From Erysipelotrichaceae bacterium (GTDB lineage: Bacteria; Bacillota_I; Bacilli_A; Erysipelotrichales; Coprobacillaceae): DNA of 64,000 bases. Below, one piece after another: positions 19,494-27,541 of this stretch. Both the position numbers and the translations under genes were made by a program. The stretch is taken from assembly GCA_018365815.1 (NCBI GenBank), contig JAGZJH010000001.1, forward strand, positions 53,176 to 117,175, in the 5' to 3' direction. Below the pieces are notes generated by a model, which worked only from the letters and a program-made list of their open reading frames with translations, was not told the DNA's origin and searched no databases. The first letter of the stretch is position 1. Each line of letters opens with the position of its first letter.

Positions 19494-19518
19494 AGTTCTC
19501 CTTTCAGCTCTTTTTCGT

Positions 19519-19773
19519 CTATTTCAAAATCCAATCCTCAAAAGGGATTCTGAAATAAAGCATTGTTAAAACAAAAAATAAAATCCAGATACTAATTAAC
19601 AACGCTCCAAAGAATATTGCTTTTTTTAATTCCATATTGATTTCTTTGGAAAAATCACCACCTTGCATTCGTTCTAAACTTAAGACAATAAGTCCACTTA
19701 TTGGATATGGTAAATACATTAGAATTAAAAATCCTAATCCATTCCATAAAATTTTTAACCACAATGGTATCAT
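19519..19773 (-). CDS. Hypothetical two-transmembrane-helix membrane protein
   Basis: ORF with two hydrophobic helices. Confidence 0.3.
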   Translation of the reverse strand: MIPLWLKILWNGLGFLILMYLPYPISGLIVLSLERMQGGDFSKEINMELKKAIFFGALLISIWILFFVLTMLYFRIPFEDWILK

Positions 19774-19788
19774 ATATTTGTCGCCCTT

Positions 19789-20008
19789 TCATTCTACATT
19801 TTGTAGATTTTCATCTAAAAAAATAATATCATTAACAGAAACATTTAAAACATTAGCTAATTTATTAGCTTGAGCCATTGTGATATCTTGTGGATTTTCT
19901 TCCATTTTTGCATATGTCATTCTGTGGCATCCTAATTTATTAGCCATATATTCTTGGGAAAATCCCCTCATTCTTCTAATTTCTACTAATTTCATTCTTT
20001 CGCTCATG
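19789..20008 (-). CDS. cro: Cro-like helix-turn-helix regulator (XRE family); probable start MSERMKL
   Basis: Helix-turn-helix SQEYMANKLGCHRMTYAKME; ribosome-binding site AAGGAGGTGAT before the ATG at 20008; divergent from cI. Confidence 0.75.
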
Positions 20009-20034
20009 CTATCACCTCCTTGTTCTACACACAT

Positions 20035-20156
20035 GATACTCTACATTTTGTAGAATGTCAATAAAAATATACAATTTGTAGATTTTTTTAATCTTTTTGC
20101 TTTATTTATTCTACATTTTGCATTATAATGAAGTTGAAAAAAGGGGTGATTCAATA
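20035..20156. promoter_or_regulatory. cI/cro intergenic switch region with repeated operators TCTACA-N3-TGTAGA (20040-20054, half-site at 20071-20082, 20110-20122) and a TATAAT at 20124-20129
   Basis: Inverted-repeat operators seen in sequence; a fourth copy lies at 19803-19817. Confidence 0.6.
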
Positions 20157-20792
20157 ATGAAAACACAATTCGGTACTAGAATTAAACAATTAAGAGAAAA
20201 AAGAGGATTAAATCAAGAAGAATTAGGTGAAATTGTTGGAGTAAGTGATAAAACAGTTTCATCATGGGAAATAAATAGAACTGAACCAAAAATGGGAATA
20301 GTTCAACAATTAGCTGATTTTTTCAATGTTACAACAGACTATTTAATAAAAGGTAATACTGCAGATGATGAAGACCTTTACCAACAATTAGATATGAGTT
20401 ATATAAAAGTACCTCTCTATGCCCCTATATCATGTGGAAACGGTGCATTTGCTGATGATAACATACTTGACTATGTTGCAGTGCCTGATGATGGGCTAAA
20501 TCCTAATAAGGAGTATTTTGCACAAATAGCAAGTGGTGATAGCATGATTGAAGTTGGCATTGATAGTGGCGATATTATTGTTTTTGAAAAATCTAATACT
20601 ATCGAAAACGGTAAAATTGGTTGTTTCTGTATAGATGATAATGTTGCAACTTGTAAGAAATTTAAAAAAGGTGATACATTCATTCAACTCATACCAGCAA
20701 ATAAAAATTATGATCCAATCGTTATCGACTTAAATAACAATAATTTTAGGGTTATTGGTATATTGAAAAAAGCAATTAAGAATTATGAATAG
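20157..20792 (+). CDS. cI: CI-like repressor (N-terminal helix-turn-helix, C-terminal S24 LexA-like peptidase domain)
   Basis: Helix-turn-helix LNQEELGEIVGVSDKTVSSWE; S24 GDSM...K; ribosome-binding site AAAGGGGTGA. Confidence 0.85.
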   Translation: MKTQFGTRIKQLREKRGLNQEELGEIVGVSDKTVSSWEINRTEPKMGIVQQLADFFNVTTDYLIKGNTADDEDLYQQLDMSYIKVPLYAPISCGNGAFADDNILDYVAVPDDGLNPNKEYFAQIASGDSMIEVGIDSGDIIVFEKSNTIENGKIGCFCIDDNVATCKKFKKGDTFIQLIPANKNYDPIVIDLNNNNFRVIGILKKAIKNYE

Positions 20793-20801
20793 GAAGATTA
20801 A

Positions 20802-21551
20802 ATGAAAAAATTTTTAAAAGAAAATAAAAACTTAGTTATTGGGATATTTTTATTAGTAATTATCTTTCCATTTATTATATTAGTCCCTTCTCCAATAGGT
20901 TTTATTCCTTACGAAGTTGGTTTAACTTTAATTGGTTATGGAGGTTCAATTATTGGTGGTTTTCTCACTTTGTACGGCGTCTGGTGGACAATTAATGATC
21001 AAGAAAATAAAAGAAAAAATGATTTAGCTATACAGTATATGCCTTTAATTACTTGCGATCAATATGAAGTTGAAACAAATGATATTGTTGATAATATTAT
21101 GGATTGTATTTCAACATCCGTATTCTCAACATTTAAAGGAGAAATATTAAATAGCAATATAAAAGAAGTAAAAATCATACTAAAATTTACTAACCACGGT
21201 AGAGGTGAGGCTATAGTTACAAATTTAAAATCTTTACTTGCAATATATCCAGCAGAAGATGATAATTTTATAGATGAATATCATGATAATCCTTTAGAAT
21301 ACAACAACATCATAATAGCCGTTTCACAATCAAAAAATGTTAATTTAATATTATCGTTTGATAAAACAAAACCAATACCTAAAAAAATGATATTTAGTAT
21401 ATATCTTACTTATTTTTCACATTTTGACAACAGTGAAATTAATCTTCATACTTCTTTACGCATAAAGATAGATAAAAATACATTCATAAGTGATAACAAA
21501 ATTCAAGTAGATATATTTTCTTCAAATAATGAATACGAAAAAAACATATAA
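20802..21551 (+). CDS. Membrane-anchored protein (two N-terminal transmembrane helices plus roughly 180-aa soluble domain); candidate superinfection-exclusion or abortive-infection protein
   Basis: Immediately downstream of cI in the same orientation; ribosome-binding site TAGGAAGA. Confidence 0.4.
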   Translation: MKKFLKENKNLVIGIFLLVIIFPFIILVPSPIGFIPYEVGLTLIGYGGSIIGGFLTLYGVWWTINDQENKRKNDLAIQYMPLITCDQYEVETNDIVDNIMDCISTSVFSTFKGEILNSNIKEVKIILKFTNHGRGEAIVTNLKSLLAIYPAEDDNFIDEYHDNPLEYNNIIIAVSQSKNVNLILSFDKTKPIPKKMIFSIYLTYFSHFDNSEINLHTSLRIKIDKNTFISDNKIQVDIFSSNNEYEKNI

Positions 21552-21597
21552 GTTTTAATTTTTCTAAAGTAATTTTGAACTAGTATTCCGTGAACAA

Positions 21598-21630
21598 CAA
21601 AAAAAACTCCCCTGCGCCAACAGGAGAGAA
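21598..21630. terminator. A9 run plus hairpin CTCCCCTG-cgccaa-CAGGAGAG (first of three related elements)
   Basis: Hairpin preceded by an A-run, so it acts as an intrinsic terminator for leftward transcription. Confidence 0.4.
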
Positions 21631-21744
21631 TTATAGTGATACGCCAATATAAAAAATTACAATATTTTTGATTTAACCTGACAGAGGGAAACAATATAAA
21701 AAACAAAAAAATATTGAATTTATCATACTTTTCCACAACAAAAG

Positions 21745-21773
21745 ATTGACATACTGTATACAGTATGGTATAC
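21745..21773 (+). promoter_or_regulatory. Consensus-like sigma-A promoter (TTGACA, 17-bp spacer, TATACT) with an 18-bp perfect palindrome CATACTGTATACAGTATG in the spacer
   Basis: Seen in sequence, 21745-21773; followed by ribosome-binding site AAGGAGGA and an ATG at 21798. Confidence 0.6.
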
Positions 21774-21797
21774 TATATTTGTAAGGAGGAAAGGTAA

Positions 21798-21920
21798 ATG
21801 AGTAAGAAAAATAAAAAGAGTTCTAAACAACCAGTCGCCAAACAAGTCTTAGAACTCATCAAATTAGTGCTAGAAATCATTACTCTAGCGATTGCATTAA
21901 TCAAGAGTTTAGGGAATTAG
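21798..21920 (+). CDS. Small membrane peptide (40 aa, Lys-rich N-terminus plus one transmembrane helix)
   Basis: ATG with a strong ribosome-binding site. Translation MSKKNKKSSKQPVAKQVLELIKLVLEIITLAIALIKSLGN. Confidence 0.4.
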   Translation: MSKKNKKSSKQPVAKQVLELIKLVLEIITLAIALIKSLGN

Positions 21921-21981
21921 TTCCCTTCTCTCTTGCTCATTATATCATATATACATAAATTATGAAAGGGGCATAAATTAT

Positions 21982-22071
21982 ATGAAACACTTTGAAACAA
22001 TTAAAATGATACTAAACATAATTATTATAATACTGTTAATTGCGTTATTATCAACATGGTTTATAAAATAA
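21982..22071 (+). CDS. Small membrane peptide (29 aa, one transmembrane helix)
   Basis: Ribosome-binding site GAAAGGGG. Translation MKHFETIKMILNIIIIILLIALLSTWFIK. Confidence 0.3.
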   Translation: MKHFETIKMILNIIIIILLIALLSTWFIK

Positions 22072-22081
22072 GGAGATTCTT

Positions 22082-22270
22082 ATGAAACAAGAAAAATTTG
22101 ACCAAAAAAAATATACCCAAGAATGGGATAAAAAAAACATGAAACTTGCTGGTGCAAGATATAAAACTGAATTCGTTGACGAGTTCAAGGAAGCATGTGC
22201 AAAGCTAGGTATTAAACAAAGTGATGTATTTAGAAAGGCTATGCAGGAAGTGATAGACAAAGCTAAATAA
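22082..22270 (+). CDS. Ribbon-helix-helix (CopG-like) protein
   Basis: Ribosome-binding site AAGGAGA. Strand-helix-helix pattern MKLAGARYKTEFVDEFKEACAKLGIKQSDVFRKAMQEVIDKA. Confidence 0.4.
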   Translation: MKQEKFDQKKYTQEWDKKNMKLAGARYKTEFVDEFKEACAKLGIKQSDVFRKAMQEVIDKAK

Positions 22271-22294
22271 GTTTTAAATACGGTATGTATTAGA

Positions 22295-22328
22295 AAATAA
22301 AAACCACCCTACGCCAATAGGATGTTCT
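22295..22328. terminator. A-run plus hairpin CCACCCTA-cgccaa-TAGGATG (second related element)
   Basis: Same architecture and same C/A mismatch as the hairpins at 21598 and 22404. Confidence 0.35.
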
Positions 22329-22403
22329 TATACTTACACTGACATTGATCGTCATCAAATGGTAAGCTACCTAGAAAATTCTAGCATATTAATTTATTTT
22401 ATT

Positions 22404-22440
22404 CAAACAAAAAAACCACCCTACTCGCAATAGGATGGTC
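22404..22440. terminator. A7 run plus hairpin CCACCCTA-ctcgcaa-TAGGATGG (third related element)
   Basis: Same architecture as the other two; ACTCGCAATA recurs at 22447-22456. Confidence 0.35.
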
Positions 22441-22535
22441 ATGAGATACTCGCAATATCTCTAATGTAAAAACTTTTCGGACGTGTTTTTACGTACTTAA
22501 TTATAGCATGATTAACACGTTCAAATCAAACTAAA

Positions 22536-23699
22536 ATGAAAGGACGTGTTTTTATCATGGCAAAAAAGCGTAAATATAGGCGGAGACCTAACAAAAGTGG
22601 AACAGTAGTCAAACTATCAGGCAATCGAAGAAAGCCATTCATGGCTAAAATAACAACAGGTTACGATGTCATCACTGGCAATCAAATTCAAAAACCTATC
22701 GGTTATTTTGAAACTCGACAAGAAGCACTTGATGCCTTATCTATTTATTCACTTACTCAAAATAAAAATTTAAACTCTAATACTTTAAAAGAGTTAGGTG
22801 GTAATACATTTGATGAGATCATGAAAATACAAAATAAAAGTCTACCTAATTTTGGGCAAATATATGACATTATTTTTGACAAAGATTTATGTAATCTTTC
22901 AAAGCAAAGTCAAGGTGCTTATAACTCTGCTTTTAAAAGATTAAAAGTGTTACATCACAGAAATATTTCGGATATTAATTTATTTGATATGCAAAATCAA
23001 CTTGATTTAGCGTCTACCGAAGTTCAAGAAAAAACCTTATTAAACATGAAAAGTATTTGTGTTAGAGTATTTGAATATGCCGTTATTCATCAATATATTG
23101 AACGTAACAGTGATTTTACTTCGTACTTAACTTGTAAGTCGAATAAGACAACAAACACGCACAGAAAGCATATACCGTTTAGCATAGATGAAGTTAAACT
23201 TTTATTTGATGATTACTCAATTGAATCTAAATGTGTATTAGTTTATATTTTTACTGGTTGTCGACCAATCGAATTAATCAACTTTAAAAAAGAAAATTTA
23301 TATTTAGATGTCTTATCAACTGATAATGGAAACGAACTAAAAATCGATTATATTATTGCCGGTTCAAAAACAGATGCAGGAAAAAACAGAATTATCCCAA
23401 TTCACCATTTAATTAAACCTTTTATAAAAGAAGTAGTTAATGAATTAGGAAAATATAAAGCACCTATACAAGTGAGAAATAAAATCTTTATGCCTTTAAT
23501 GAAAAAGTTAAAACTTGAACATATTCCATACGATACACGACATACATTTGCTACTTTAGCTAAATTATCAAACATTGATGAGTTTTCAAGAAAGCGAATT
23601 ATGGGACATAAAAGTGTAAATATAACCGATGATGTTTACACTCATTCTATCAAAAATAAATTGTATATTGAGATGAATAAAATCAGTCTAAATATTTGA
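22536..23699 (+). CDS. int: Tyrosine integrase with N-terminal arm-type DNA-binding domain (probable start at ATG 22557)
   Basis: C-terminal R...HDTRHTFAT...MGHKS...VYTH catalytic tetrad and tyrosine; transcribed outward toward the prophage end. Confidence 0.9.
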   Translation: MKGRVFIMAKKRKYRRRPNKSGTVVKLSGNRRKPFMAKITTGYDVITGNQIQKPIGYFETRQEALDALSIYSLTQNKNLNSNTLKELGGNTFDEIMKIQNKSLPNFGQIYDIIFDKDLCNLSKQSQGAYNSAFKRLKVLHHRNISDINLFDMQNQLDLASTEVQEKTLLNMKSICVRVFEYAVIHQYIERNSDFTSYLTCKSNKTTNTHRKHIPFSIDEVKLLFDDYSIESKCVLVYIFTGCRPIELINFKKENLYLDVLSTDNGNELKIDYIIAGSKTDAGKNRIIPIHHLIKPFIKEVVNELGKYKAPIQVRNKIFMPLMKKLKLEHIPYDTRHTFATLAKLSNIDEFSRKRIMGHKSVNITDDVYTHSIKNKLYIEMNKISLNI

Positions 23700-23778
23700 T
23701 ACTTGTTTGTTACTTATTGTATGTTTTTCATTGTTTCTGAAAGCGATAAATTAAGAGAAAATCAGCAATTTTTATATG

Positions 23779-24045
23779 TTAAATATTTCTGGTATGTAAA
23801 ATACAAGGATATTTCATATTTTTAACTAGTTCACTCAATTTTGCTTCATATCCGTTTGCTTCGATATGATAATATTTTAGACATTCTATTAATCCATACA
23901 TATTCACTCCTGTAGGTGTCATTTTACATTTTTGTTTAATACAATCAATTTCTTCATTAATTTTAAAATATTTTAAAACCATCATGATACAATATGGTCC
24001 ACACGCATAAGTTTCATCTTGTAAATAAATCGGTAATTTTCCCAT
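23779..24045 (-). pseudogene. Truncated peptidase C39 domain (N-terminus of a bacteriocin-processing ABC transporter); ends one residue before the catalytic His
   Basis: Q9-x5-C15 (LQDETYACGPYC) and PCILHTRNI, equivalent to CvaB PAILHWDLN(HFVVL); stop at 23779 abuts the prophage int end. Confidence 0.6.
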
Positions 24046-24145
24046 GTTTTATCCCTCCACTTTTATATACTTTCAAATCATAGTCAATTACTTACTTTTT
24101 TTAAAATTTGTTTTTTACTAGGAGAAATTCTATAAATTTGTTAAA

Positions 24146-24652
24146 ATGGTAGAGGTGATTAAAATGAATGAACAACAATATCAAAAACTCCTTTCAAAAA
24201 TTCGAAAATCCAAACAAAAAGAAAGAGTATTCACTTTTTTATGTCAATACTCTCCAGCAAGTTTAATCATTATCTATACACTTTTAATTTGTTATCTTTT
24301 CTTTACTCAATCGTCTTTACTACTTGAAACAATATTTTTTCCACTTTTCACATTAATACTTACTACTGTTTTACGTAAAATAATTAATGCCCCAAGACCT
24401 TATGATATATATCAAATTGAACCATTAATTAAACACCATTCCGGTCAATCTTTTCCTTCTAGGCATACTTCAAGTGCATGGATTATTGCATATGTTTGTT
24501 TAAATGTCAATACAATCTTAGGAATATTTTGTATCTTTATTGCTTTATATGTAGCCATTTCAAGAGTGATCGCCGGCGTTCATTTTATTAAAGATGTTGT
24601 TGCAGGAATTTTACTTAGTAGTCTTGTAGGTTTGTTTTTATTTCTTGTCTAA
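24146..24652 (+). CDS. PAP2 family phosphatase (membrane)
   Basis: KX6RP (RKIINAPRP), PSRH (PSRHTS), SRX5HX3D (SRVIAGVHFIKD). Confidence 0.75.
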   Translation: MVEVIKMNEQQYQKLLSKIRKSKQKERVFTFLCQYSPASLIIIYTLLICYLFFTQSSLLLETIFFPLFTLILTTVLRKIINAPRPYDIYQIEPLIKHHSGQSFPSRHTSSAWIIAYVCLNVNTILGIFCIFIALYVAISRVIAGVHFIKDVVAGILLSSLVGLFLFLV

Positions 24653-25160
24653 TATATTGAATTACAGTATCTAAGCCTTGATCTTTAAGCATTGTTAGTA
24701 ACTTTTCAAGTAAGTTAGCAGTTTTGGGATGCATTAAATGACGATCTTCTTTTTTAAAAAAATAATTCAAAGCACTATCATTACGATAGTTTTCTTTTTC
24801 ATAAACCTGACAAGCAATTACACGATCACAAAACATTTCAAACACATAACGTTTTTCCATTTTAATGGGTATATATACTCCATTTATATTATCTAACCAA
24901 TATTCAAAATGATGTTTATTTCTTCCTTTATGATGTAACCAAGCTCTTGAATACCCTAATACTTCTTTTTCATAGCTAATTGGCGAACGATTTCCTTGAT
25001 AATATTTAACACCTGCTTTAAACTCTATCCATGAATATTTTGACAAATCATGAAGTAAACCTTGTTTATATAATCCACATTTAAAGCATAATTTCATGAC
25101 TTTGATTTTATGTGTTGTAATCGTTTTAAAATGTCCCCATAATTTTTTTAACATAATCAC
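24615..25160 (-). CDS. Conserved hypothetical protein
   Basis: 181-aa ORF, convergent with the PAP2 gene. Confidence 0.4.
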   Translation of the reverse strand: MIMLKKLWGHFKTITTHKIKVMKLCFKCGLYKQGLLHDLSKYSWIEFKAGVKYYQGNRSPISYEKEVLGYSRAWLHHKGRNKHHFEYWLDNINGVYIPIKMEKRYVFEMFCDRVIACQVYEKENYRNDSALNYFFKKEDRHLMHPKTANLLEKLLTMLKDQGLDTVIQYIRQEIKTNLQDY

Positions 25161-25256
25161 ACCTCGTTAAATATTGTAATACTAAAAAGTATTATTTTCA
25201 AAAAAATAATTGCTTTTTTAATTTCTTAATTGTATAATGTAATAGCAACAACAAAT

Positions 25257-25340
25257 GCCCGAGTGATGAAATTGGTAGACATGAACGACTCAAAATCGTT
25301 TGGCTATGCCATGTCGGTTCGAGTCCGACCTCGGGTACCA
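25257..25340 (+). tRNA. tRNA-Leu (anticodon CAA), type II with long variable arm, CCA encoded
   Basis: Acceptor GCCCGAG/CTCGGGT, anticodon loop CTCAAAA, T-arm GGTTCGAGTCC; extended -10 TGTATAAT upstream. Confidence 0.9.
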
Positions 25341-25353
25341 TTATAAAACTGAT

Positions 25354-25382
25354 GAACATTATGATGATAATGTTCTTTTTTA
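25354..25382 (+). terminator. Intrinsic terminator downstream of tRNA-Leu (GAACATTAT/ATAATGTTC plus T6)
   Basis: 9-bp perfect stem followed by a T-run. Confidence 0.7.
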
Positions 25383-25599
25383 TTACACGTTTAAAACTTT
25401 CAATAAAAACCATCATTACAGTTTATATTTTTATTTGGACTAAAAAATTTATTATTTGGTATTCAATTTTATCTTCTATTTCATGTTTAAACATCATGAA
25501 TTCATCTTACACTCCATGTTTAAGTATTATGAATTTACCCTCTATTTCTTATTTAAATATTATTAAGTTTAAAACTATTAATGATGCTTATATTTAATA

Positions 25600-27504
25600 G
25601 GATAGAGGAATAAATTTAAAGATTTATTGCCCCTCCCGTTGACCCGTACGTACGAGTCTCGTATACGGCTCTACATTTATATCGTAATCACAAACTCTTA
25701 AGATAGTAATCTAGGGGATGGACTAATCCAGGTCTATCTCCTATTTTATTGTCTAGAACAGTTGATGATAAAGTGAAGTTCACTACATCTAGTCCACTTC
25801 TTCTATACCACCCTAATCTTGAATTGGCACATTTAAAGATATCTTCATGGTTAAATCTACATTTATATTTAATGTTTAATACCATTAGATTTCTATAAAT
25901 GGTCTTTGGTTTTTTCCATTGTTTAATGATGATACATCGTATCTTGTGGCGTAACCATTGTCCGAACGTATCAAGAAATGTCTTTATGCTTCCTATCTTA
26001 AAGTAGTTTATCCATCCTCTTACTATTTGATTTACTTTTGCAAATGTTATCGCTAACAGCCTTGAAACGGCATGTTTTCTTTTAAGATACTTTTGTATCT
26101 TTGAATACAAGCGTTTTTTCTATCTTTGGTAGGTTTGCATTTCCATTCCTGAGAGTTCTTATAAAAGGTAAAGCCTAAGAATTGCTCCTTCATTGGACGT
26201 ACTACTTTTGTTTTCGTTGCACTTACTTTCAAAAATAGTTTTCTTTCTAGCCTTTCATTACTCGATTTGCACTCATCTCACTTTTAGTGAATATGATACA
26301 ATCATCTGCATATCTCACAAATCTTAAATTTCTTGACTCTAATTCCTTATCAAATTTATCTAAATAGATATTTGATAAGATGACACTGATAGGACCTCCT
26401 TGAGGTGTTCCTACTGTTGTACTTTTGATAAGTCCTTTGTCTAATACTCCTGCTCTTAAATATGCTCGTATTAAATGTAATGTTGTTGCGTCATTGACAT
26501 TCTCTCTTAAGATTGAAATTAATTTGTCATGATTTACTGTATCGAAGAATTTCTCTATGTCTAAATCTACTATCCATTCATAACCTTCGTTTAAGTAATA
26601 TAATACTTCTTCCATTGCCATATGTGTACTTCGTCTTGGACGAAAACCATAACTGTGTTCACTAAATATTGGCTCATAGATAGTACTTAATACTTGTGCC
26701 ATGGCTTGTTGGATTACTCGCTCAACTACTGTTGGAATACCTAATGGTCTTTGTTTTCCATTTGGTTTTGGAATATATAGACTCTTTTGACAGGCATTGG
26801 TCGATATTGTTTATTCATTATCTTTGAAATTAACTCTTCTTGGCATTGTTCAAACCAATATTCAATGTCATGTACTGTCATTTTATCTACTCCAGGTGCT
26901 CCTTTATTTTGTTTGACCTTTTTAATAGCCATTTCTAAATTTTCTTTACTTAAAATCTTTTCTATTAATTTCATTTGCTGCTCCTCCTTCTATTTGTAAA
27001 TTTATTTGAAACCATCCCAATTACTTTTACCATCTATGATTACGATTCATAGGTCTAGGCTATCCTCATATTCGGACTATCCAAACATTACTTATAGTGA
27101 TTTGCACTTTATAAACGTTTCAGTCCTTCAGCATTTCTACCTACTATGACTTCATCTGACTTCTTATGATAAACCTTTTTCGACCGAGGGTACTATCACT
27201 GATTTTAAAGTTTACTAGGCTTCCTCGTCCATAAGACCTCCCGGGGTAATTCACGAATCCTATTTCTTTCACAACGTCTTGATTTACTGTCTTGGTTTTA
27301 CGTTTATCTTTCGGATTTCAGTTTGTTTAGCAACCTTATCCACCATTTAGCCTCATCAAGTTTCTATGCGTACGCTCAAAAGAATTGTTACATCACTTCC
27401 TTCACCCATTACATCACTATCAGTGGCTTGTGGTTCACTACAATTGGCGGTAACTACCTGTGGTTGGTTTATCTCCAACTGAATTCATGCTATGCCCGGC
27501 ACAC
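25600..27504 (-). mobile_element. Decayed bacterial group II intron (class C-like, about 1.9 kb) inserted just after an intrinsic terminator; 3' boundary approximate
   Basis: 5' GTGTG at minus 27504, directly after the hairpin plus T8 of the upstream gene. Domain V-like GAGCCGTATACGAG...GTACGTACGGGTC at plus 25642-25671. Reverse-transcriptase/maturase ORF fragments on the same strand. Confidence 0.65.
25688..26974 (-). pseudogene. Group II intron reverse transcriptase/maturase, broken into three ORFs by frameshifts
   Basis: Reverse-transcriptase motifs GFRPRRSTH, DIEKFFDTVNHD, GTPQGGPIS, YADD; maturase RGWINYF; 2-nt frame break at RVYI/PKPNGKQRPLGIPTV. Confidence 0.75.
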
Positions 27505-27541
27505 TGAAAAAAAACTTAATCTCAATTAAGAAATTAAGTTT
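27505..27541 (-). terminator. Intrinsic terminator of the 587-aa gene (AACTTAAT...ATTAAGTT plus T8); group II intron insertion target
   Basis: Hairpin followed by a T-run on the minus strand. Confidence 0.65.

Larger units (their letters stand above)
1..23781. mobile_element. Temperate siphovirus-like prophage, partial (left end beyond window start). Structural, packaging and replication genes are on the minus strand; cI, morons and int on the plus strand; right end lies just after int.
   Basis: Contiguous phage modules: tape measure, chaperone with frameshift, major tail, connector proteins, HK97 major capsid protein, ClpP-like protease, portal, terminase large and small subunits, HNH, ArpU, methyltransferase, DnaC-like, replisome organizer, Ant, cro/cI, integrase. 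Confidence 0.85.

Noticed and set aside
20471-20687. Two minus-strand ORFs inside cI
   Set aside because: They are antisense to the clear CI repressor gene and have no start context.
21503-21736. 77-aa minus-strand ORF
   Set aside because: It spans the terminator hairpin and promoter region between the membrane-protein gene and the peptide operon. It has no ribosome-binding site and a low-complexity product.
21749-21766. Palindrome CTGTATACAG as a LexA (SOS) box
   Set aside because: The E. coli box needs CTGT-N8-ACAG and the Firmicutes Cheo box is GAAC-N4-GTTC; neither fits. It is more likely an operator for the adjacent ribbon-helix-helix protein.
22051-22260. 69-aa minus-strand ORF
   Set aside because: It is antisense to the ribbon-helix-helix gene, which has a strong ribosome-binding site.
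25257-25340. tRNA-Leu as the prophage integration site
   Set aside because: The tRNA is intact and lies 1.5 kb to the right of int, with host-like genes (PAP2, conserved hypothetical, C39 fragment) in between. The prophage is on its 5' side. The truncated C39 gene is a better junction candidate.
25198-25416. 72-aa minus-strand ORF
   Set aside because: It overlaps the well-formed tRNA-Leu and its terminator on the opposite strand and has no ribosome-binding site. It is spurious.
26787-27529. Plus-strand ORFs 26787-26999 and 27323-27529
   Set aside because: They lie inside the group II intron, antisense to the intron-encoded protein and ribozyme domains.
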